From: a virus
Reading direction: 5' to 3' (one strand)
DNA: 64,000 bases
Virus record (IMG/VR): IMGVR_UViG_3300038379_000822
Coordinates: 1-64,000 of that record
Within the stretch, counting starts at the first letter, position 1; each line of letters begins with the position of its first letter. Position numbers and translations under genes: made by a program. Shown here in pieces: positions 16,369 to 24,988 of this stretch. Under the pieces are notes generated by a model. That model did no database searches. It saw nothing but the letters and a program-made list of their open reading frames with translations, and was not told where the DNA came from.

Positions 16369-16476
16369 AGCTTGGATGGTTCATCGCACGAAGGGGAGCA
16401 GCAGCAGACCAGACCACCGGCACCGCACGTACCATACGTGCGAGCACGGAGCCGCTGCGCCCCTGCGTGAGATGAA

Positions 16477-16500
16477 GGGCACCCGCTCTCGCGGGTGCCC
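16477..16500 (-). terminator. Hairpin downstream of the RyR-domain gene (candidate intrinsic terminator)
   Basis: 10-bp GC stem GGGCACCCGC/GCGGGTGCCC with a 4-nt loop. In minus sense it is followed by UUCAUCU. It starts 8 nt after the stop at 16508. Confidence 0.55.
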
Positions 16501-16507
16501 TCGTGGT

Positions 16508-16882
16508 TCAGGACCCGGAGCTCTCGAGCGACGCGATCGCGTCCACGAACGCCCGCACGGCGGTCACGTAGATCTGGTCCTTCGCCTTGTGGATCGGTGG
16601 CAGCTCCCCGTAGGGGACGAAGCACGGGTGCTCCTTGAGCACTTCGTCCTTCACCGGCCCGTACCGCCAGCCGGCGGCCTTCTTGAAGTCGAGCCACGAC
16701 TGGTGGCTCTGCTCCGGCGTGCAACCGTTGATCACACCGAGCACGCCCATCTGGGCGGACTCCCGGATCTCCGCGGTCGCCTCGTTCCACGGCTTCTGCG
16801 AATGGTCGCCATGAAGCTGGCACCAGGAGCGGTTCGCTTCGTGCGCGGCGCGAGCCGCCGCGATGATTTGTTCGTTGGTCAT
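16508..16882 (-). CDS. RyR (ryanodine-receptor-like) domain protein
   Basis: AARAAHEANRSWC...GWRYGPVKDEVLKEHPCFVPYGELP...KAKD matches the RyR-domain pattern. ATG 16882 is preceded by AGGAGG. Confidence 0.7.
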   Translation of the reverse strand: MTNEQIIAAARAAHEANRSWCQLHGDHSQKPWNEATAEIRESAQMGVLGVINGCTPEQSHQSWLDFKKAAGWRYGPVKDEVLKEHPCFVPYGELPPIHKAKDQIYVTAVRAFVDAIASLESSGS

Positions 16883-16966
16883 GTTCCTCCTGCCAATCCG
16901 GGCGCGCATGTCCCCGGAATCACGATGATGCGCGATCCACGTCGGGTCTTCAAATCGTCGAACCTA

Positions 16967-17005
16967 GGCCCTGGCGACGGAGCCCGAGGCTGCGTCGCCA
17001 GGGCC
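16967..17005 (-). terminator. 12-bp-stem hairpin downstream of 17162..18052 (candidate terminator)
   Basis: GGCCCTGGCGAC (16967..16978) pairs with GTCGCCAGGGCC (16994..17005). It lies in a 280-nt gap with no convincing ORF. Confidence 0.4.
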
Positions 17006-17161
17006 GCATGTCAGCGCGAACCGATAGCTACGAGTTACATGACATCCTCCTCTGAAACCCCAAGCAGCGGCACCGAGCGCAACATGCGCTGGGGGTATCG
17101 TGGCGCTCCGATGTTGGCGCCGGGATGCCGGCCACCACGACGACAGCGGTAGACCATGTGA

Positions 17162-18052
17162 CTAGCATGACGAGGTCGTCTTTCCGTCGTTGGCCAGCTC
17201 GGTGAGCAGCGCCGCGAACCTTTCGCGCATGCCGTCGGGACAGGTTGCGGCGTAGACGACGGAGGCGGCGGCGTTGGCGCCGGAGGCGGCGGAGGCGTCT
17301 GCGTAGGCGTCTGCGTTGGCGGCGTTGGCGGCGTCCGCGCGGGCGGCGGTGACGGCGGCGTTGGCGGCGGCGTTGGCGGCGGCATTGGCGGCGGCGTTGG
17401 CGGCGGCGTTGGCGGCGGCATTGGCGGCGGCGTTGGCGGCGTTGGCGGCGGCGTTGGCGGCGGCGTTGGCGGCGGCATTGGCGGCGGCGTTGGCGGCGGC
17501 GTTGGCGGCGGCGTTGGCGGCGTTGGCGGCGTTGGCGAGGGCGTTGGCGAACGCGTTGGTGGCGCTGGCGGCGCTGGCGGCGCTGGCGGCGCTGGCGGCG
17601 CTGGCGGCGGCAGCGGCGGCAGCGGCGGCAGCGGCGGCAGCGGCGTCGTCGGCGGTCTTACGGTCGACGACCGTGGGCAGCGCCCGCAGTCGCTTGGCAT
17701 CCTGCTCTCGCCCCGCAGCATCCAGCGCCATCGCAGCCGCCACGCGGACCGCGAAATCGACGAGTCGATAGGCGCGTTGCTGTTCAACGGCGCGATCGCG
17801 GCGCGATCCGACCAGTGCGACCGAGACCGGCCCCATGATCCGCGTCCGCGTGGCGTCATCGTGGATTCGATCGTTCAGAAACCGCGCTGCTGCGGCGAGC
17901 AGCGGGCATGCGCACTTTGGATGGTCGCTATGCGGTTCGCCGGCGAGCCACGCCGTTACCTCGAGGGCGCACATGCCCTCCTCATGGGTCTTGTGTGAGC
18001 CGGACGCGATCGTGATGCCCGCGACGCGGGCGAGTAGGTCTTCGCGATTCAT
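17162..18052 (-). CDS. Paralog family P member 1: conserved N-domain (EGMCAxE..AGExHSDxPxCxCP) plus a long Ala/Asn/Ser tandem-repeat region
   Basis: ATG 18052 (MNREDLL...) is preceded by GGAGAA. HEEGMCALEVTAWLAGEPHSDHPKCACPLLAAAARFLND aligns with the ORFs at 18072, 24078, 24985 and 25608. The centre is (AANA)n, (AAS)n and poly-Ala. Confidence 0.75.
   Translation of the reverse strand: MNREDLLARVAGITIASGSHKTHEEGMCALEVTAWLAGEPHSDHPKCACPLLAAAARFLNDRIHDDATRTRIMGPVSVALVGSRRDRAVEQQRAYRLVDFAVRVAAAMALDAAGREQDAKRLRALPTVVDRKTADDAAAAAAAAAAAAAASAASAASAASAASATNAFANALANAANAANAAANAAANAAANAAANAAANAAANAANAAANAAANAAANAAANAAANAAANAAVTAARADAANAANADAYADASAASGANAAASVVYAATCPDGMRERFAALLTELANDGKTTSSC
17355..17645. 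repeat. Coding tandem repeats (12-nt GCGGCGTTGGCG units, then 9-nt GCGCTGGCG x5, then 9-nt CAGCGGCGG x4)
   Basis: Read directly in 17341..17650. They encode ...AANAAANAA..., ASAASAAS and poly-Ala in the minus-frame gene. Confidence 0.9.
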
Positions 18053-18071
18053 AGTTCTCCGTTCGCGGCGA

Positions 18072-18695
18072 TCATGCCGCGTTGGCGAGGCCGATGAGAA
18101 GACCGGCGAGAGCTTCCTGTGCTCGGGGGTCGGCGGCGGCGTCGACCGCGACCGCGACCGAGTAGCCAGTGAGCGGCACGTAGTCGGCTTCGGCGGGCGC
18201 ATGGGCCGCTACCAGCGCAGCGTTTGCGGCGAGGGCGACGCAGGAACGCTCCGCATGCGTGGCAGAGTAGGCCGTCATGCATGCCTTCGCTGCCGACGCG
18301 CTCACCCGTGCCGACGCGGCGTCGACGATCGGCGGGAGTGCGCGCAGCCGGGCAGCTTGTTCGGTGAGGCCGACGGCCTCGAGATCGGCCGGCGCCAGAT
18401 AGCGCACGGCCCAATCGGCCATGATGAAGGCGCGGCGGAGCTCGGTGACATGACCGACACGCGACCCGACCAAGGCTTCGGAGACCGGCCGCATGATGCG
18501 CGTGCGGCGCATGTCGTCACGGATGTCGTCGTTCAGCGGCCGGGCCGCGGCCGCCAGCACCCGATCGGCGGTCTCCGGATGGTCGGAGTGGGGTTCGCCC
18601 GCGAGCACCGCGGCCAGCTCGGTGGCGCAGAGCCCTTGCGCCGGCGAGGCGTGCTTGCCTCGCGTGAGCACCAGGAAAGGTGGTGCGGCAGTCAT
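18072..18695 (-). CDS. Paralog family P member 2 (degenerate Cys motif)
   Basis: ATG 18695 overlaps the upstream stop (ATGA). GLCATELAAVLAGEPHSDHPE...LNDDIRDD..RTRIMRPVSEALVGSR aligns with the family. Ala-rich C-half. Confidence 0.7.
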   Translation of the reverse strand: MTAAPPFLVLTRGKHASPAQGLCATELAAVLAGEPHSDHPETADRVLAAAARPLNDDIRDDMRRTRIMRPVSEALVGSRVGHVTELRRAFIMADWAVRYLAPADLEAVGLTEQAARLRALPPIVDAASARVSASAAKACMTAYSATHAERSCVALAANAALVAAHAPAEADYVPLTGYSVAVAVDAAADPRAQEALAGLLIGLANAA

Positions 18696-19057
18696 GAGGC
18701 CGTCTCCGCGCGATCGTAGCCCGCGCCTGGTACCGTCGCGAGGATCCACCGGATCGTCGCGCCTTCGGGGAGCGAAGTGGCGCCTTCCGGGAGCCGCGCG
18801 CCGTTGTATTGAGCGACGAGCAGTTCGTCGCCGGCACAGAGCTCCGTTCCGACGCGGCGCATGGGCACGTCGGCGCCAAGCAGGGACGAAACGAGCAGCG
18901 CGGTGTCGGCGTGGCCGACGCAGGATAGCCACCCTTCTTCGGCCGCATAGGCCCGCGCCTCGTCCAGCGAGAGCGAGCGGAACCCTACTTTGACGCCGTC
19001 CGCCAAGGCCGTGGCGGACAGCATGCCGCACGAGAACGCGTTTCCAATATACTTCAT
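18692..19057 (-). CDS. DUF1874 (STIV B116/YddF)-like protein
   Basis: MKYIGNAFSCGML...SCVGHADTALLVSSLLG...RLPEGATSLPEGATI fits my recollection of the DUF1874 pattern. ATGA overlap at 19054..19057. Confidence 0.55.
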   Translation of the reverse strand: MKYIGNAFSCGMLSATALADGVKVGFRSLSLDEARAYAAEEGWLSCVGHADTALLVSSLLGADVPMRRVGTELCAGDELLVAQYNGARLPEGATSLPEGATIRWILATVPGAGYDRAETAS

Positions 19058-19713
19058 GGCTTCTCCGGGGGCGATGGGGTGAGCGCGAGCGCGAGAATGC
19101 GCACGACGCGTAGATCTTGTTCGGCGGGCCAGCATTCGTCTGGCGGCCATTCTGCGTTGAGAGCGAAGAGCGGCGTCGAGTCGCCGGTGGCGACGAGGAC
19201 GTTCACGGCGTCCTCGATCGCTGCTCGCGTGTCTTCCGACGGCGCGAACCCGATGCGCCGTCCACGAAGCCGCTCACGCAGGGCGGCGTGGCCACCGAGT
19301 GCGAGAAAGAACGTGTCGAGCGCGACAGCGAGGGAGCAGACGAAGCAATCCGTGTCCGCGCAGTCGCGGATCCAGCGCTCGCACGTCTCAACGCTCGCTC
19401 CACCGAAGTGTTCCGGTCGGCATCGTATCGCTCGGATGTCGGGCTGATCGCAGAGGGCGACGAACGCGCCGCTCTGCTGCGTGAGGCGGCGCTTCGCGAC
19501 GGATAGTTGGACCGGATGCGCGCCCCGCTCACCGCAGACGGCGTGCTGGATGAGCGCATCGAGGTAGTCGGTGGCCGACCATGCCAGGAGCGCGGGCCAG
19601 TCTTCTCCTGGCAGGTAGTGAGCCCGCACCCCATGAAGGGACGGGGTCGGCTGCCGCGGGGTAGGCGCCATGAACGGCACCGTCGCGGGTTGTTCGGGGG
19701 CCATGGGGTTCAC
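19054..19713 (-). CDS. Hypothetical protein (219 aa, GTG start)
   Basis: GTG 19713 overlaps the upstream stop (GTGA). Cys/Trp-containing, balanced composition. Confidence 0.6.
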   Translation of the reverse strand: MNPMAPEQPATVPFMAPTPRQPTPSLHGVRAHYLPGEDWPALLAWSATDYLDALIQHAVCGERGAHPVQLSVAKRRLTQQSGAFVALCDQPDIRAIRCRPEHFGGASVETCERWIRDCADTDCFVCSLAVALDTFFLALGGHAALRERLRGRRIGFAPSEDTRAAIEDAVNVLVATGDSTPLFALNAEWPPDECWPAEQDLRVVRILALALTPSPPEKP

Positions 19714-20042
19714 GCTGGGGAGCGGCCTTCGCGCCGCCGCGCTTGCTGGAGAGCGGCCGCGGAACGGTCGAGGAGGGCCCTAGCGAGATCGAGCTCTCGC
19801 CACTTCGCTTCCCGCTCGTACGGGCACTCGCACTCGGGATCGCTCCCGAAGTAGCGGACAGCGAGGCGGTAGCCGTCCTCGGCTTCCAGGTAGGCCTGCT
19901 CGGCCTCGATCAGATGGGAGGATGGCGGGGGCCCGAGGAGACTCAGGGGTCGGCGGCGGGGGCGGTGAGCCATGCCTCCCAGCCGGGGCGGAACGGCCCC
20001 CCCCGGGGGGGTGGGGGAACGCTCGAGCGCGTACGTTGCCAT
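19710..20042 (-). CDS. Hypothetical protein (110 aa), first gene of the leftward block
   Basis: ATG 20042 lies inside inverted repeat IR1. Internal starts are possible. Confidence 0.5.
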   Translation of the reverse strand: MATYALERSPTPPGGAVPPRLGGMAHRPRRRPLSLLGPPPSSHLIEAEQAYLEAEDGYRLAVRYFGSDPECECPYEREAKWRELDLARALLDRSAAALQQARRREGRSPA

Positions 20043-20062
20043 AATGACGATTATGGCAACGT
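20033..20062. promoter_or_regulatory. IR1: ACGTTGCCATAAT-GACG-ATTATGGCAACGT, operator-like inverted repeat containing the leftward start codon
   Basis: 13-bp perfect arms with a 4-bp spacer, in the AT-rich gap between the divergent blocks. The minus-strand ATG (20042..20040) sits in an arm. Confidence 0.65.
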
Positions 20063-20073
20063 GTACAGGCTAG

Positions 20074-20103
20074 ACGTTTCCATAAGCTTCATTATGGAAA
20101 CGT
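20074..20103. promoter_or_regulatory. IR2: ACGTTTCCATAA-GCTTCA-TTATGGAAACGT, operator-like inverted repeat containing the rightward start codon
   Basis: 12-bp perfect arms with a 6-bp spacer. The plus-strand ATG 20094 sits in the right arm. Near-identical to IR1 read on the other strand. Confidence 0.65.
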
Positions 20104-20966
20104 TGCGCCCGATCGCCTTGAGCCCAGCCGTTCCGCCCCGGCTGGCTGCCATGACCACGACCCCACGCCCCTACGCCGTCCAGGCCCGCCACGAGGCGGC
20201 GCCGCAACCCCTCACCTCATGGTGCGGCCCGATGCTCGAAGCGGGCGCCGCCCGCTTCTCGGGTCGCCTCATCCCCGAGGCCGACGACCTGCAAGACCGT
20301 GCGATCCGCGCCGCCTCACGGAAGGTGGAGCGCTACGAGAGCATTGAGGCCGCCCTCGCCGCGGCCTGCGGCCCCCGGCCGGCCCTGCCCGAGGGCGATC
20401 TCGCCCTCAAGCAGAGCTACGAGACCGCCCGGGACGCGGCGCGCGAGGCACGCCTGGCCTACGCCACGGCGCCCAGCGCTGAGCGCGAGACCGCGCGGAC
20501 CGCGATGCACGCCGCGGAGCGCGGCGAAGACGCCTCCCTGGCGGCGTGGATGAAGTCTCGCCGCGCCGAGGCGCGGGGCCAGATCGCCGCGATCGACGCC
20601 GAAGCCGTCGCGGCCGGGAAGGCGACGCGCGCCGCCGAGCGCGCCGAAGCCCGCGCCCAGCGGCGCCTCACGGCCAGCGAGGCTCGTCTCGCGGCCAAGC
20701 TCGCGAAGCAGCAAGCGGCCGCCGAAGCGCGCCGCGCTGCCGCGAAGGCCGAGCTCGACGCCGTGCGCGAACGCGCCGCGGCGCTCCCAACGGTATCGGA
20801 CGAGGCCCGCCGCGAGGCGTGCCTCATCATCCGCGAGATCCGCACCAGCGCGCATGCGGATGCCGCGGCCGAGCTCATTAACGGGCTCATGCCCGAGGGC
20901 TGGGATCCGAACGTCGAGAAGCTCTTCGATCAGAAGACGAAGCAGGTCGCGCACCGCGCGGCGTGA
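20094..20966 (+). CDS. Ala/Arg/Glu-rich coiled-coil protein (290 aa), first gene of the rightward block
   Basis: ATG 20094 (METLRPIAL...) is the first start after the AT-rich switch. An alternative ATG lies at 20151. Long AEARxxA heptad-like segment. Confidence 0.65.
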   Translation: METLRPIALSPAVPPRLAAMTTTPRPYAVQARHEAAPQPLTSWCGPMLEAGAARFSGRLIPEADDLQDRAIRAASRKVERYESIEAALAAACGPRPALPEGDLALKQSYETARDAAREARLAYATAPSAERETARTAMHAAERGEDASLAAWMKSRRAEARGQIAAIDAEAVAAGKATRAAERAEARAQRRLTASEARLAAKLAKQQAAAEARRAAAKAELDAVRERAAALPTVSDEARREACLIIREIRTSAHADAAAELINGLMPEGWDPNVEKLFDQKTKQVAHRAA

Positions 20967-20972
20967 TCCCTC

Positions 20973-21821
20973 ATGTCCATTCACGACCAGATCCGGAGAG
21001 TCGCTTACCCCGGCGACGAGGACAGTGGTTTTCAAGCCTGTCAGCTCGCCGCGGCTACCCTGCGAATGGCAGGGTCCACGGTGCTCGAGAAGTGGCACTT
21101 CTACACCGCCGCCCGAGCATGGGCAGAACATGGTGAGTGGATGGTGGGCGCGCCTTGCCGCGCACGGGACACGCTGCCCTGGTCGCGAGCCGTGAGCCGC
21201 GCGGTCGAAGAGATCGCGAAGCCGCATCGCTTTGCGATGGAGCGCGCGAGCCTCGCGCTCGCGGAGGCTCTCGGCACTGCGACCGACAAGCGCGCACACC
21301 GTCACGTGGAGCTGATGGCCTATGCGGCCATCTTCGCGGCGCAGCAGATGGTGCTGCATCCCGACGCCGCGCGGGCGTTCGCGAAGATCTACGCCTCCAG
21401 CATGGAGGCGGGCAAGAAGCCGCCCGGCACGGTGGTGCTCGCCGAATGGCTTCGGCCGTTCCATGCGATGGAAGAAATCGTCGACCCAGTGCTCGACCCA
21501 TATGAGCGAGGGCAGGCCGCGCTGCGGCTGGCGACTCTGGCGGGACGCCAAGAGGAGTTCGCCGAAGAACTCAACGCCATCTTGGGCGAGCAGTCCACGC
21601 TCCACGCCTCATGTTCTCGAGAGCATGAGGCGTTTCGAGCCTTGAGCCAGGCGCGCGTGCCCTGTGCGCCCCCGCCGAACCACGCCGGCCGTTCCGCGCG
21701 CCTTGCTCAAGGCTCGAAACAGCGGAAAGTTCAGCGAGCGGCACGGCACGTCGGGAGCATCCCGGCGCTTGCCGCGTCGTTCTGCAGAGGAGCAGCCATG
21801 AACAACACGGAGGCGCCATGA
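20973..21821 (+). CDS. Hypothetical protein (282 aa; C-terminal ~60 aa doubtful)
   Basis: The ORF starts 7 nt after the previous stop. The last part spans a 16-bp-arm inverted repeat and is Arg-rich. Confidence 0.6.
   Translation: MSIHDQIRRVAYPGDEDSGFQACQLAAATLRMAGSTVLEKWHFYTAARAWAEHGEWMVGAPCRARDTLPWSRAVSRAVEEIAKPHRFAMERASLALAEALGTATDKRAHRHVELMAYAAIFAAQQMVLHPDAARAFAKIYASSMEAGKKPPGTVVLAEWLRPFHAMEEIVDPVLDPYERGQAALRLATLAGRQEEFAEELNAILGEQSTLHASCSREHEAFRALSQARVPCAPPPNHAGRSARLAQGSKQRKVQRAARHVGSIPALAASFCRGAAMNNTEAP
21632..21720. repeat. Long inverted repeat (16-bp perfect arms, 57-nt spacer)
   Basis: GTTTCGAGCCTTGAGC (21632..21647) is the exact reverse complement of 21705..21720. Confidence 0.65.
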
Positions 21822-22294
21822 GTCGCGTCGCTCGTATCCTGGAGCGGATCACGCAGTCCGTGCCGGAGCCCCGCTACCGCAAGTGGTGGGAGGCGGATGA
21901 GATCCACGAGGCGCCATTCGGCGCTACGCGGCAAGAGCTCGTCGTCGACGAGCTGGGCCCCACGGCCGCGGCGCTGCGGCGCGAGATCCTCGAAGCTGCG
22001 CGCGAACGCCGTCGCGCGCGGCAAGAGGCATGCTCTCACGCGCATGCCTCTGTGATGCACGTAAAGGGCGTCACTGAGCTGTCGTGCCCAACCTGCGGGC
22101 GGCGCGAGGGGCGTGGGCAGAAGTATCTCGGGGCCGACGCCAGGCTTCGAAAATGGGCCTGCCGGCAGACGCTAGCGACGATCGCTGCGATGCTGCGCGC
22201 CGGTTCGCGTCCCGACATCCATGACCAGGTGGAGTGGGGCCATGACGCGCAGCGATGGCTCCATGACGTTCTCGTGCAGGAGGCACCCTCGTGA
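21818..22294 (+). CDS. Hypothetical protein (158 aa)
   Basis: ATGA overlap with the previous stop. Contains CPTCG. Confidence 0.6.
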   Translation: MSRVARILERITQSVPEPRYRKWWEADEIHEAPFGATRQELVVDELGPTAAALRREILEAARERRRARQEACSHAHASVMHVKGVTELSCPTCGRREGRGQKYLGADARLRKWACRQTLATIAAMLRAGSRPDIHDQVEWGHDAQRWLHDVLVQEAPS

Positions 22295-22986
22295 TCATGT
22301 ACCCCAGCGAACTCACCGTCTCAGCCATCGCCGCACTCGAGGCCGTCTACGGCCTCGGCGACCACACCGACGTCGTCGAGCACGACGTCGAAGCGCTGCG
22401 CGACGGCTCGCACACCCGCGAGTCGCTGCTCGCCCACTGCCTCGACGGCGCCAGCATGGCGGCCGATGAGGAGGAAGTAGTACGGGCCGCGTGGGAGTCG
22501 TACGTCGACGGCATCGTGGCGCTCGCGGCGAAGCCTCGGCGATGGGAGCTGGTCGAGGAGGGGCACAGTTACGACGTTGGCGAAGCGTCTTCCGCCGAGG
22601 AAGCGCTCGAGATCGCCAAGGCGCGGGTCGACCGCGCGAACTACGAGGTCGACCGCTCGATCTGGATTCACGTTGCGGTACGCCGCGAGGGGATCCCCGG
22701 CGTCGTCGCCGGCGCCAAGGTGCGGCTCGATCCCAAGCCGCCGCCGTGCGGACGCAACGGCGGCGAACACGCGTGGTCGGACGACCACGACATGGTCGGC
22801 GGTTGCAAGTCGAACCCCGGGGTCTGGGGCAGCGGAGGCGGCGTCCGCATGCACTGGGGCTGCAAGAAGTGCGGCTGCCAGAAAGCCGTCGACACGTGGG
22901 CGCAAGACCCGTACGACGGAGAGCAGGGGCTCACGTCGGTGGAGTACAACGAGCGCCACTACGACGTCGCTCGCGAGGAGCCATGA
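22291..22986 (+). CDS. Hypothetical protein, paralog of 11283..12044
   Basis: GTG 22291 overlaps the previous stop (GTGA). Shared motifs SSAEEALEIA..ANYE, LDPKPPPC, EHAW, GGCKSNPGV and CKKCGC. Confidence 0.7.
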   Translation: MIMYPSELTVSAIAALEAVYGLGDHTDVVEHDVEALRDGSHTRESLLAHCLDGASMAADEEEVVRAAWESYVDGIVALAAKPRRWELVEEGHSYDVGEASSAEEALEIAKARVDRANYEVDRSIWIHVAVRREGIPGVVAGAKVRLDPKPPPCGRNGGEHAWSDDHDMVGGCKSNPGVWGSGGGVRMHWGCKKCGCQKAVDTWAQDPYDGEQGLTSVEYNERHYDVAREEP

Positions 22987-23342
22987 GGCTCATCAGGACC
23001 ATCACGCCCGTCGGGATCACGCCGCAGCCCGATCTTTCTCCAGGCTGCTACGAAGTGCAGCTGGCTCTCGAGTTGAGGGTCGGTCGGCAGATCGAGAAGG
23101 CATCGACGAGCTTCTTCGTGGTGCCGACCAGATTCGGCAACCGCAGTTGCCGCTTCGAGCTTATCGCAAGCGACAAGGCAGATCCCAATGCAACGCCCAT
23201 CTACGCATGGCTCGTCGAGCACGCCGAGCTCCTGAAACTCTCCGGCGAAGTCGAGCGGTGCATGGTCGCGATGGCGGAAGCAGCGTGCGAACATGCACAC
23301 TGGATGGTGATCGAACGCAAGACGTGGGAGATCGATCAATGA
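22983..23342 (+). CDS. Hypothetical protein (119 aa)
   Basis: ATG 22983 overlaps the previous stop (ATGA). The upstream part of track ORF 22491..23342 is Arg-rich shadow. Confidence 0.65.
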   Translation: MRLIRTITPVGITPQPDLSPGCYEVQLALELRVGRQIEKASTSFFVVPTRFGNRSCRFELIASDKADPNATPIYAWLVEHAELLKLSGEVERCMVAMAEAACEHAHWMVIERKTWEIDQ

Positions 23343-24088
23343 CTGACTCAGCGAAGGAGACGGCAGCCGCTGCCGAGTGGGCAGCGTTCCAAGCCAGCGT
23401 GAGGCTGGACGACCTCGACGCCGAGCGCGAGCGCGTGGCGGCGATGATCGCGCGCGCCAAGGCGCTCCCTGGCAGCGCAGCCGCCGATTTGGTGGCCCGT
23501 CTGCGCTATCGTGATGCTCGCAACCGTAGCGACTGTAGTGACGCACGCTGGGCCACGTTGGAGGCCCAACGTGCGGCCGACGCGGCGGCCTGCGCTGTGC
23601 TGACGCGATGGCAGAAGGGCGCATTGCTGCGCCTCGCCGTGGAGTACGGCCACGGCTGGGCGGAGTACGTCCCCGCTGACGGCGACTGGGACTACCAGAC
23701 GATCTGCGACGCGATGAGCGCCGCGGAGAATGCCGAGGATTTCGGTCGCCCGACGGCTGGCATCAGGCCCGGCAGGCGGCACACCACCGGGACGGGGCGG
23801 CTCACCTGGTCCGCCGAGCTCGACGGCACCATTCGGGTGTCCGTCTCTCGACCGACCCCAAACGGTAGCCTCACGGTGCTCATCGCAGACGTGACCGAGG
23901 GCGGCAGCCCTGCGATCACGGTGCGCCCCTTCGACGGAGTCCCCATCGAGGCCCGCCATGCGGATGCGCTGTACCGGGCTCTCGACGCTATCGAGGGTTC
24001 GGAGCATCAGTCGTCATGGCCCGCGCCGCGCTTCACTCTCCAGATGGCCCTCGATGCCGCGAACACGGAGGTGACCCATGACGGATGA
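23339..24088 (+). CDS. Hypothetical protein (249 aa)
   Basis: ATG 23339 overlaps the previous stop. MTDSAKETAAAAEW... Confidence 0.65.
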   Translation: MTDSAKETAAAAEWAAFQASVRLDDLDAERERVAAMIARAKALPGSAAADLVARLRYRDARNRSDCSDARWATLEAQRAADAAACAVLTRWQKGALLRLAVEYGHGWAEYVPADGDWDYQTICDAMSAAENAEDFGRPTAGIRPGRRHTTGTGRLTWSAELDGTIRVSVSRPTPNGSLTVLIADVTEGGSPAITVRPFDGVPIEARHADALYRALDAIEGSEHQSSWPAPRFTLQMALDAANTEVTHDG

Positions 24089-24509
24089 AGAGCTTGAGCT
24101 GTTGGGGCCCGACCAGTCGGGTAGCGCGTGCCCCGTGTTGGCGGCGGCGTTTCGGTCGCTGAACGACGCACTCGAAGGCCCCGAGCGGGCCGCCCTCTTG
24201 GCGCCGGTGGCCGTGGCGCTCGTCGGCTCGCGCCGCGATCTCGAAACGGAGCTGCGGCGCGCGTGCCGCCTCATCGACTGGGCGGTCCGTGTGGCCACGC
24301 CGCGCGTGCTAGACTTCGCGGGGTTCATCGACGCGGCGGAGCGCTTGCGCGCGCTCCCCGAGATCGTCGACCGCGAGACGGCCTTAGCCGCCCGCGACGC
24401 CGCAGAGGTCGTCGCGTACGCCATTGAACAAGTCATCACCAAGGGTGACCCCGCGACCCAAGCAGAGCTGGCAGAGCTGATCGTTCGGCTCGCGAAGGAG
24501 AGCCAATGA
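24078..24509 (+). CDS. Paralog family P member 3 (short, N-motif truncated)
   Basis: SACPVLAAAFRSLND...VAVALVGSRRD...RLRALPEIVD...ELAELIVRLAKE aligns with the family. Confidence 0.65.
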   Translation: MTDEELELLGPDQSGSACPVLAAAFRSLNDALEGPERAALLAPVAVALVGSRRDLETELRRACRLIDWAVRVATPRVLDFAGFIDAAERLRALPEIVDRETALAARDAAEVVAYAIEQVITKGDPATQAELAELIVRLAKESQ

Positions 24510-24988
24510 CCACGGACGAACTGAAGGACGAGTTCGTCAAGCGGTTCGCCGCGTGGTTCAACACGCAGAATCTGTACGCGCAGGCCCTCGCAGAGCTGCG
24601 CGAGCAGAAATGGCGCGCGCTCGGTCATGCCCGATGGACGGAGCAGCAACGCTTGGCGATGGTTGCACCATTCGAGAAGCGAGCCGATGAGGCGTATGAC
24701 GCTGACCAGGAAGCCCTTCGGTGTTTCTGCCAGCTGGCCACCCAGATCACGCTGCTGGCGAGTTCCTGCAACATTGCATCGGAAGCGCGCGCGGCGCTGG
24801 TGCCGGCGGATAACTGGGCACTGCTCGCGACCGTCAATCGCGAGAGGTTGAACGAGTGCGCGCGAGAGCACCTTGAGCAGTGCTTCTATAGCGAGTCGCG
24901 CGCCGTGGCGCGAGCGTATGGTTACGTGGATCCGCCGTCAGAGGACGAGGACGATGCGCATGCTGAGCTGGCGAAGGAGGCAACCTGA
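24506..24988 (+). CDS. Hypothetical protein (160 aa)
   Basis: ATGA overlap with the previous stop. Confidence 0.65.
   Translation: MTTDELKDEFVKRFAAWFNTQNLYAQALAELREQKWRALGHARWTEQQRLAMVAPFEKRADEAYDADQEALRCFCQLATQITLLASSCNIASEARAALVPADNWALLATVNRERLNECAREHLEQCFYSESRAVARAYGYVDPPSEDEDDAHAELAKEAT

Noticed and set aside
17035-17859. Pro/Thr-rich 274-aa ORF (PPTPPPTPPP...) and Ala/Leu-rich ORF 17316..17771 (+); similarly 25241..25813 (+) and 25473..26204 (-)
   Set aside because: These are alternative frames or strands of the tandem-repeat DNA. The frame encoding the conserved family P N- and C-terminal domains is the coding one.
21632-21720. Integron attC-like site (GTTTCGA...TCGAAAC ends)
   Set aside because: The ends do not fit the GTTRRRY/RYYYAAC core sites. 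No integron integrase or cassette array context is present.
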